DNA of 20,000 nt from a bacterium (GTDB taxonomy: Bacteria > RUG730): the NCBI GenBank assembly GCA_031551405.1, contig JAVBNQ010000007.1, positions 53,925-73,924 on the forward strand. Reading direction: 5' to 3'. Position numbers and translations under genes: made by a program. The notes below the pieces were generated by a model, which was given only the letters and a program-made list of their open reading frames with translations, had not been told where the DNA came from and searched no databases. Below, in pieces: positions 9,548-16,547 of this stretch. Within the stretch, counting starts at the first letter, position 1; the number at the start of each line of letters is the position of its first letter.

Positions 9548-9703
9548 ATGAAACAAATAATGTTCAGAAAAAAAGGGCAAGGTTTAACAGAGTATATTTT
9601 GATTATTGCGTTGATCGCATTAGCGGCAATCGTATCTATCCAGGTTTTTGGTGAAAAAATAAAGGCAAAATTCACAGCCTTATCAGATACTCTCAGCTCA
9701 TAG
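9548..9703 (+). CDS. flp: Flp/Fap family pilin, copy 2 (likely major pilin), 51 aa
   Basis: Manual translation MKQIMFRKKG|QGLTEYILIIALIALAAIVSIQVFGEKIKAKFTALSDTLSS*: canonical Flp G|xxxxEY motif, hydrophobic helix, strong RBS. Confidence 0.92.
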   Translation: MKQIMFRKKGQGLTEYILIIALIALAAIVSIQVFGEKIKAKFTALSDTLSS

Positions 9704-9704
9704 G

Positions 9705-10124
9705 ATGAAGCAAAAAAAGTCTTTAAAAAATAAAAAAGCGCAAGCTATTCTTGAATTTACATTAGTTTTGATCCCGTTTTTTATTTTATTAATGGGAGCG
9801 ATGCAGCTTTTGCATATAGCTGTGGTGAAATTATTAGTGAATCATGCCGTATTTACTACTGCAAGAGTCGCGTCTGTCACAGATAATAAAGATGAGATCA
9901 CTTCGGCTGCCAAGAATTCGCTTATTTTTAAAGACAAAGAAAATATCACGGTTTATATTGTCGATCAAGCTTCTCAAGATGAAATACACGTAAAGCTTAA
10001 TTATAAAATGGCGTTAATCTTTCCAATAGTAAACAAAATTATACAAGAAGCGAAAGGACTGCAGGATTATAAGTTACTAATTAGTTCTGAATATAGTTTG
10101 CCTAAAGAAAATTTGGTGAACTAA
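9705..10124 (+). CDS. tadE: TadE-like pseudopilin
   Basis: KKA|QAILEFTLVLIPFFILLMG...HAVFTTARVASV matches the TadE N-terminal pattern (xxxxEF, hydrophobic helix, A-x3-AR). Starts 1 nt after the flp2 stop. Confidence 0.85.
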   Translation: MKQKKSLKNKKAQAILEFTLVLIPFFILLMGAMQLLHIAVVKLLVNHAVFTTARVASVTDNKDEITSAAKNSLIFKDKENITVYIVDQASQDEIHVKLNYKMALIFPIVNKIIQEAKGLQDYKLLISSEYSLPKENLVN

Positions 10125-10137
10125 TAGGAGATTTGCC

Positions 10138-10905
10138 TTGGAATCAAAAAAAATTATTATAATTGCAATTTTAGTTGGTCTTTTAGGTATGTTTTTGTCT
10201 TTTTATTACTTACGAAAAAAAGAATCAGCGCTTTTGTATGGAATGCAACTTCAACCGGTTTTGGTTGCGGCTAAAGATATTCCTCCAAAAACGAGATTGA
10301 CGGCAAATCTGATAAAAGTTGAAAAAATCCCAGAAAGATACATGTCTCCAAAAGCTGTGATTGTAAACACCCAAGAAGATATTGAGCGAGTCATAAATAA
10401 AATTAACGTAGTTCCTATAGCTGCCGGACAACAGATAAGTATGACGGAAATTGTTCCTGCGACAGAAGAAACCGGTTTGTCTGTCAATATCCCGCCGAAC
10501 ATGCGGGCAATGATTGTACAAATAAATAATATTGACGTGATCGATTTATTGAAACCAAACGATAAGGTTGATGTGATTACGATATTTTCTGCACAGCATG
10601 CAACAAAAGGAAAAGTGAAAGTCGCTTCGACAATTTTGCAAGATATTCTGGTTCTGGGTGTTTCGAAAGATTTGGGTGAAGTTGAGGAAGATCCGGATAG
10701 TTTTAAAAAGAAGAAAAAAGATGACGATGGAAAAACAAAAACAATGAACATGATGACAGTAAGTTTAGCTTTGGCACCTGAACAAGTTCAAGTTTTGGCC
10801 TTAGCGCAAAATCAAGGCGATATAGTTTTGTCAATTAGATCAAATAATGATAATGAAATGAGGACGAATTTGGTTCCAATAGATTCGACAGTGTTCTTAA
10901 GTTGA
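10138..10905 (+). CDS. cpaB: Flp pilus assembly protein CpaB/RcpC
   Basis: N-terminal TM helix; SAF-like VLVAAKDIPPKTRL; RcpC-like IPPNMRAM...KPNDKVDVI...ILQDILVLGV...TVSLALAPEQVQVLALAQNQGDIVLSIRS. TTG start with AGGAG RBS. Confidence 0.92.
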   Translation: MESKKIIIIAILVGLLGMFLSFYYLRKKESALLYGMQLQPVLVAAKDIPPKTRLTANLIKVEKIPERYMSPKAVIVNTQEDIERVINKINVVPIAAGQQISMTEIVPATEETGLSVNIPPNMRAMIVQINNIDVIDLLKPNDKVDVITIFSAQHATKGKVKVASTILQDILVLGVSKDLGEVEEDPDSFKKKKKDDDGKTKTMNMMTVSLALAPEQVQVLALAQNQGDIVLSIRSNNDNEMRTNLVPIDSTVFLS

Positions 10906-10921
10906 TAAAAGGGGAGACCTA

Positions 10922-11716
10922 ATGAAACGAAAATATTTATTGTTGTTGCCTTCGATTTTTTTGTTTTTTTGTGTACAAATTGCGACTGCCGTTCCACTTG
11001 TAGAGGTGAGCGCTGATATAATCGAAATTAAGCAGAATAAGGAAAACAACCAAGGTGTGACATGGAACGATGCGGTAAAGTTTGAAGAAGGTTTATTGTC
11101 AACGCCATTTGTTAATTACAATCAACCTACAGTACGCGGAGTTGCAATGTCGAATTTCAGGATAGGAAGCGTTGAGAGGGCAGACGCACTTACGGCAACC
11201 CTTCGTATGATGATAAATGATAATGTGGCGAGGATTTTAGCAAATCCAAAGCTCGCTACTGAACCTGACTCACAAGCTACTTTCTTGGTCGGCGGAGAAA
11301 TTCCAGTTCCGGTTGTTTCGCCACAAGGCGTGAGCATAGAATGGAAAACGTATGGAATTAATTTGCAGATTAGGCCTAATATTGTTGGGAAAGATAAAAA
11401 AGAAATTTCAGCAATGATTCAAGTTTCAATTAGCGACTTAGATTACGCAAATTCTGTCAAACTTCAAGGATATGACGTCCCAGCTCTTTTGAATAGAAGC
11501 GCAAACTCGAAAATAACAGTAAATGACGGCGGGACAGTCGTTATTGCAGGTTTAAAACAAACTCGAAAAGAAACGACAGTTCGTAAAGTTCCTATTTTAC
11601 ACAATATTCCGATTTTGGGATGGTTTTTTAAAGGAACTTCAGATAGAGACACAGACACCTCAATGGTAATTTTTGTGACATTTAAAATAGTTGAAAGTAA
11701 TCCAAATTTAAATTAA
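10922..11716 (+). CDS. cpaC: Secretin (RcpA/CpaC-type), secretin core domain only
   Basis: Secretin motifs ARILANPKL...ATFLVGGEIPVP...EWKTYGINLQIRP...GGTVVIAGL...KVPILHNIPILGWFF...MVIFVTFKIV; signal peptide; GGGGAG RBS; Tad gene context. Confidence 0.9.
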   Translation: MKRKYLLLLPSIFLFFCVQIATAVPLVEVSADIIEIKQNKENNQGVTWNDAVKFEEGLLSTPFVNYNQPTVRGVAMSNFRIGSVERADALTATLRMMINDNVARILANPKLATEPDSQATFLVGGEIPVPVVSPQGVSIEWKTYGINLQIRPNIVGKDKKEISAMIQVSISDLDYANSVKLQGYDVPALLNRSANSKITVNDGGTVVIAGLKQTRKETTVRKVPILHNIPILGWFFKGTSDRDTDTSMVIFVTFKIVESNPNLN

Positions 11717-11735
11717 TAAAAGGCTGATTTCAAAG

Positions 11736-13913
11736 ATGAGCATGAGTAAAATAATCGCTATATCTGGTCCAAAAGAAGGCGTTGGAAAAACCTCGTTTTG
11801 TATCAATTTTGCTCTCCAATATGCAATGGAGACTAAAACAAAGGTTGTTATTTTGGATGGCGATACAAAATGCAGAAATGATGTAAGTTATTATCTGAAT
11901 TCCGCAGTTTTTGAAACAGTGCCAAATCTTTGGAATTTAGTTGAAAAAGTAAAGTTGACTGGACTAGACGTTAGCCTTTTTAAGGGAAGAATCCCATTCA
12001 ATGAACAGGGAGTGGGTATCCTAAATATCGCGAAAACTAGCGATGGATTTAAAGAAACGCAAGCCGCGCACCTCATGAAGGTTTTGGCAATATTTGGAGA
12101 GCTTTACACATTTTTTATAGACGTAGAATCCTTGCCGGAAGATTTTTGCCTGCCGATTTATGACCTATCTGACAAAGTTTTTTGGGTAATGGATCCAATG
12201 CCAATTAATCTCAAAAACACTATCGAATATTTTGCGAACCTCAGAAATAAAAATTTTAATATGAGTAAATTCAATATTATTTTGAATAGAAGTACATTGC
12301 CTGAGTCTTTATCTACTAAGCAAATTAATTCGAAACTGGGCGTTTTTAACAAAAGCGTGATAATGGAAATTCCAGAGGAAAAAACTGTATCACAAGCTGT
12401 CGCGCGACGACAAATTATTACAGTTGACAGACCACACACTACTTTTGCGAGAGTAGTTCGTGAGCTTTTGCATATCATGCTTGTCGGAGAAACGGCAAAA
12501 GTAGAGTCTGACAAATCCGTGGATGATAAGGGGAATCTTTGGAAAGATTTGCTTGGTACGGTAGCAGAAGAAAATTCAGCTTTAAATCCCGACGAGATTT
12601 TGCCTCAGACAAAAGAGGATTTGAAGCAAAGCATAAAAAAGAAAGTTCACAAACAACTTATCACAGAACTTAATAACAAAAAAATAGATTTAAATTCAGT
12701 TGACGACGATCCAATGAAACAAGTGAGGTTAAAACAGCTTGTTGAGGAAACTGCTGCCAAAATTTTGAGTAGTTTTGGAGATTTGGGATTCACGAGACAA
12801 GAAAATCACGAGCTAGTTTCTGAAATTATGGATGATTCTCTTGGACTTGGGCCTCTTGAAAAAATTTTGAGAGATAAAACTATTACAGAAATAATGGTAA
12901 ATAAAAAAGATCAAATTTATATAGAACAGAACGGTAAGTTGAAAGTTTCTGATCAAAAATTTAATTCTGACGACCAAGTTGTCCAGGTAATTCGTCGTAT
13001 TATCGCTCCGCTTGGAAGAAGAATAGATGAGAGTGTTCCTCTTGTAGATGCGCGTCTTCAGGATGGCTCGAGAGTAAATGCGATTATTCCTCCTCTTGCG
13101 GTGCAGGGGCCGATGATTACAATTCGTCGTTTTCCTGATAAAGTTTTTGATTATCGCGATTTAATTAATTTTGGAAGTATTAACCAGGATATGGTTGATT
13201 TTTTGCGAGCATGTGTTATTAGCGAGAAGAATATAATTGTCAGTGGTGGTACCGGTAGTGGAAAAACTACCTTGCTAAATATGTTGTCATCGTTTATCCC
13301 GGAAAGCGAAAGAATAGTGACAGTTGAAGACGTAGCAGAACTTAGGTTACAGCAGGAACATTTGGGAAGGCTTGAATCCAGACCGCCAAACATCGAGGGA
13401 AAAGGAGAAATTACGATTCGAGATTTAGTGAAAAATACGCTTCGTATGCGTCCAGATAGAATTGTCGTCGGAGAGTGTCGCGGTGGAGAAGCACTCGATA
13501 TGCTCCAGGCGATGAATACCGGTCACGACGGATCTTTGACTACGATCCACGCGAATTCACCTTATGATATGATAGGAAGACTGGAGGCAATGGTTTTGAT
13601 GTCAGGGGCTGAGCTTCCAGTAAGAGTAATCAGGAGTTATATTGCTTCGGCTGTGAATCTTGTAGTTCAGATTTCAAGACTTCAAGATGGAAGCAGAAAA
13701 GTTGTCGCAATTACCGAAGTTTTGGGATTGAACGAGGAAAATATGAGCATAGAAATGAAAGACATATTCTTGTTCAAGAGGACTGGGATTGATGATACAG
13801 GTAAAGTATTGGGAGATTTCGTTGCCACTGGAGTTGTGCCAAAAGTTTATCCGGAGTTTAAGCTCCGGGGTGTAAATCTTAGTCTGAAAATTTTTGAGAA
13901 TAAGAACGTTTAA
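11736..13913 (+). CDS. cpaF: Fused TadZ/CpaE (MinD/ParA-like) and TadA/CpaF pilus assembly ATPase
   Basis: N-terminal about 250 aa: deviant P-loop GPKEGVGKTS, VILDGD, IILNR, EIPEE...A. C-terminal about 430 aa: GLGPLEKIL.D..ITEIMVN, VDARLQDGSRVN, Walker A GGTGSGKTT, VEDVAEL, LRMRPDRIVVGECRG, NTGHDGSLTTIHAN. One uninterrupted frame. Confidence 0.93.
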   Translation: MSMSKIIAISGPKEGVGKTSFCINFALQYAMETKTKVVILDGDTKCRNDVSYYLNSAVFETVPNLWNLVEKVKLTGLDVSLFKGRIPFNEQGVGILNIAKTSDGFKETQAAHLMKVLAIFGELYTFFIDVESLPEDFCLPIYDLSDKVFWVMDPMPINLKNTIEYFANLRNKNFNMSKFNIILNRSTLPESLSTKQINSKLGVFNKSVIMEIPEEKTVSQAVARRQIITVDRPHTTFARVVRELLHIMLVGETAKVESDKSVDDKGNLWKDLLGTVAEENSALNPDEILPQTKEDLKQSIKKKVHKQLITELNNKKIDLNSVDDDPMKQVRLKQLVEETAAKILSSFGDLGFTRQENHELVSEIMDDSLGLGPLEKILRDKTITEIMVNKKDQIYIEQNGKLKVSDQKFNSDDQVVQVIRRIIAPLGRRIDESVPLVDARLQDGSRVNAIIPPLAVQGPMITIRRFPDKVFDYRDLINFGSINQDMVDFLRACVISEKNIIVSGGTGSGKTTLLNMLSSFIPESERIVTVEDVAELRLQQEHLGRLESRPPNIEGKGEITIRDLVKNTLRMRPDRIVVGECRGGEALDMLQAMNTGHDGSLTTIHANSPYDMIGRLEAMVLMSGAELPVRVIRSYIASAVNLVVQISRLQDGSRKVVAITEVLGLNEENMSIEMKDIFLFKRTGIDDTGKVLGDFVATGVVPKVYPEFKLRGVNLSLKIFENKNV

Positions 13914-13970
13914 GTAATTAACTTGATTTTGCAAAAAATTGAGTAAAAATAAGAAAATTCGGAGGAAAAA

Positions 13971-14264
13971 ATGTCTAAAAGAATCGAATGCATCTGTCTC
14001 TGTTCTGTTGCGAAAATAATGCCAATTATTTATTTAAAACTTGGCTTTTTGATTGCTCTTGGATCTTACATTTACTTGAAAATTGCTAATAGCGCTACAG
14101 CTCCTACGATAGGTTTCTGGGCGTGGATTTTCGCAATTTTGCTTTATACGGCATTATTCTGCGTGATTTTGTCTCTCCTTACTTTTGTTGGTGTTTTGGC
14201 GTACAACTGGCTCAGCAAAAGAATAGGCGGAGTTCAAATCTGTTTGGCAGATGATAAAGAATAA
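13971..14264 (+). CDS. Small two-TM membrane protein, DUF3566-like
   Basis: GGAGG RBS at 13961-13965; two hydrophobic segments; S-x-AK near the N-terminus and YN-x5-IGG-x-x-I near the C-terminus as I recall for DUF3566. Family call is tentative. Confidence 0.6.
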   Translation: MSKRIECICLCSVAKIMPIIYLKLGFLIALGSYIYLKIANSATAPTIGFWAWIFAILLYTALFCVILSLLTFVGVLAYNWLSKRIGGVQICLADDKE

Positions 14265-14268
14265 TTGA

Positions 14269-15642
14269 ATGCTAAAAAAATTTTTGCTTGCGTTAGTTTT
14301 CTTAGGGATTGTATCATTAAATTTATTTAGCGATACAGTTTCGCAAGGTATTGCCGTCTATTCTAATATCGACAAAAAAAATATTGGGATAGACGAGCAA
14401 ATCAATTATAGACTCACGATCGCAGGATCAGGATATTTCCCGGATCCAAAACTTCCTCAGATCAAAGATTTTTCAGTAATAAAAACCCGTCAATTCACAA
14501 GCATAGATTTTTCGAAGGGAAGACCACTTCCGTACACAGTTTTCGAATATATCTTCACTCCTTATCAAAAAGGCAACTTCTTAATACCAAAAATCGCAAT
14601 AGAATATAAGGGATATTTTTATTATAGTGAAGCGTATAATATTTCTGTCGGAGACAAAATACGTAGAATTGAAGACGTTAAAACTCTGTCTTATGTGGAA
14701 ACGCGAAATATCTCCGGCGATTCTGCGCCGATTTTTATTAGATCGAGCATTTCCAGTAGCGACGTTTTTTATAATCAGCAGATAATTTATACTTATACGC
14801 TTTTCACGAGAGTTTCTATAAAAAAATTGCCTGTTATAAAGGTTCCGGAATTTGAAGCTTTTCACATTGAGCCACTTTATTATCGTAGGGAATATGCGAC
14901 GGACATTGGTGGAATGAGATATCGAGCTGTGGAATTTAAGTTTGCGATTTTTCCGTATATGACGGATACTCACTCGCTGAAACCATTAAAAATGTTTTGT
15001 TATAAAGATAATTTTCCTGTCGAGATCGCAAGTTCTGTCGTGCCAGGAAATTCACTCGTTAAGGAAACGCAAAGTTTTCGTGTAAATATCAAGCCTTTGC
15101 CGCTCAAGGATAAACCGTTAAATTTCAGCGGACTAATAGGCGATTTCGAGATCACGCAAGAGGTTGATAAGCAAGAAATTGCTGTAGACGAAGAATTAGT
15201 GTTGACGGTTCGAGTCAAAGGCAGCGGAAATATTAGGTCGATTCCTCACATCAAATGCCCGTTTATGGATAATTTGCGGGAATATAATTCTGATACTTTT
15301 ATGAATTACGACAAAAAAGAATCAAAAATAATTGGAGAAAAATTGTTCAGATTCTTGTTAATTCCGAGGGAAGTTGGAGAAGATACGATTCCGAGTATTG
15401 GATTTTCGTATTTCGATGAAAAAGAGCAGAAATATTTGACAAAATGGACTGAACCAATCAAAATTAAGATTGTGAAAAAGAAAAAAGCTGCTAAATCTGA
15501 CGATAATAATTCAAATCAATCTACTGAAACTCAGAAAAAAGGTTTTAATTTTAAAAATTATTTTTATGCGATTGGCGTTGTTTTAGCGTTAATAATAGTT
15601 TTTTTTGTTTTGAAAGCAAGAAAAAATAAAAATCGTAATTGA
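14269..15642 (+). CDS. batD: BatD-family (oxygen tolerance domain) exported protein with C-terminal membrane anchor
   Basis: Signal peptide; repeated BatD-like beta modules (IDKKNIGIDEQINYRLTI...P...F; VNIKPLP..DKP.NFSGLIGDFEI; V.G.GNI; IP.I.FSYFD); C-terminal TM helix followed by a basic tail. Confidence 0.8.
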   Translation: MLKKFLLALVFLGIVSLNLFSDTVSQGIAVYSNIDKKNIGIDEQINYRLTIAGSGYFPDPKLPQIKDFSVIKTRQFTSIDFSKGRPLPYTVFEYIFTPYQKGNFLIPKIAIEYKGYFYYSEAYNISVGDKIRRIEDVKTLSYVETRNISGDSAPIFIRSSISSSDVFYNQQIIYTYTLFTRVSIKKLPVIKVPEFEAFHIEPLYYRREYATDIGGMRYRAVEFKFAIFPYMTDTHSLKPLKMFCYKDNFPVEIASSVVPGNSLVKETQSFRVNIKPLPLKDKPLNFSGLIGDFEITQEVDKQEIAVDEELVLTVRVKGSGNIRSIPHIKCPFMDNLREYNSDTFMNYDKKESKIIGEKLFRFLLIPREVGEDTIPSIGFSYFDEKEQKYLTKWTEPIKIKIVKKKKAAKSDDNNSNQSTETQKKGFNFKNYFYAIGVVLALIIVFFVLKARKNKNRN

Positions 15643-15938
15643 AAACTTTTTTAAATCCTTAAAAACCCCTCCAAAATCGTTTTTCAAAAACAGAAAATTA
15701 AATGTAATCATAATAATAAATCAGCTTGAATCTGAAACCTAGTTCTATTCAAATCGAAAAAAGATTTTTCGAGATGAAAACTGAGAGAATTTGTTTTTGC
15801 AATTGAAAAAGAGAAGAAAAACTTTTCAATTTCAGTCTCTTTTTACCTTTACGTCTGCCTATCGATGAGAAGATAGAAGATTTTTATAAAAGCATTAAAA
15901 ATTTTCAACGGTTAACGCTGGAACAAATAAAATCTAAA

Positions 15939-16547
15939 ATGAAACAAACAAAAATTAATTTTAAGAAAGAAGACATAATTCGAAAGTTGGAAGGTTTTTT
16001 ATCGCCGGAGAGGTTGCTCCATTCGATTAATGTTGCAAAAACTGCAGTTGAACTCGCTAAAATTTATGACGAAGATTTACAGTTTGCTGAGATTGCCGGT
16101 CTGATGCATGATGCGGCGAAGGAATTGGATGTTGCGGATTATGAAAAACTCGGGATTTCTATTAAAAAAATTCCGAAATTCGATTATTTTTTAAAGCATG
16201 CGAAAGGCGTTATTCATTCTTTCGCGAGCAGACAAGTTGTAGAAAATTATTTTAAAATAAAAAACGCATACATTTTGCAGGCTATTGAGAGTCATTGTCT
16301 CGGAAATTCGAATATGACTCGTCTAGATAAAATAATTTTCGTTGCAGATTTAATCGAGCCTAGTCGAAAATTTAAAGGGATAAAGAACTTGAGACAAATT
16401 TGTTTCAAGGATTTGGATGAAGGAATGATTTTATCGATGGGTTTTACTTTAAAATTTTTGATTGACGATGAGAGATTTATTGTTGATGATGCTGTAAAAA
16501 ATTGGAATAGTTTGATAAAAAATGACGATAAAATTATTTGCAGGTAA
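15939..16547 (+). CDS. yqeK: HD-domain hydrolase YqeK (symmetrical Ap4A hydrolase family)
   Basis: ERLLHSINVA...LA, AGLMHDAAKE, IHSFAS, AIESH, LDKIIFVADLIEPSR.F.G match YqeK metal-binding motifs. Exact start is uncertain because no RBS is visible. Confidence 0.88.
   Translation: MKQTKINFKKEDIIRKLEGFLSPERLLHSINVAKTAVELAKIYDEDLQFAEIAGLMHDAAKELDVADYEKLGISIKKIPKFDYFLKHAKGVIHSFASRQVVENYFKIKNAYILQAIESHCLGNSNMTRLDKIIFVADLIEPSRKFKGIKNLRQICFKDLDEGMILSMGFTLKFLIDDERFIVDDAVKNWNSLIKNDDKIICR

Noticed and set aside
10922-11716. Secretin as a T2SS GspD, T3SS or phage pIV component, or as a pseudogene
   Set aside because: Flanking flp, tadE, cpaB and cpaF point to Tad. The intact signal peptide, RBS and motifs argue against decay.
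13923-13950. Possible sigma70 promoter (TTGATT...TAAAAAT) before the 97-aa gene
   Set aside because: Spacing and the -10 match are poor; not distinguishable from AT-rich background.
10225-15218. Minus-strand ORFs overlapping cpaB, the secretin, cpaE/F and batD
   Set aside because: Antisense to well-supported genes, with no independent coding evidence.
15781-15786. CTGAGA, the TPP riboswitch core hexamer
   Set aside because: Wrong strand and position for thiC, and the other aptamer elements (GGG/CCC P2 stem, CCTGA, GCG.AGG) are missing.
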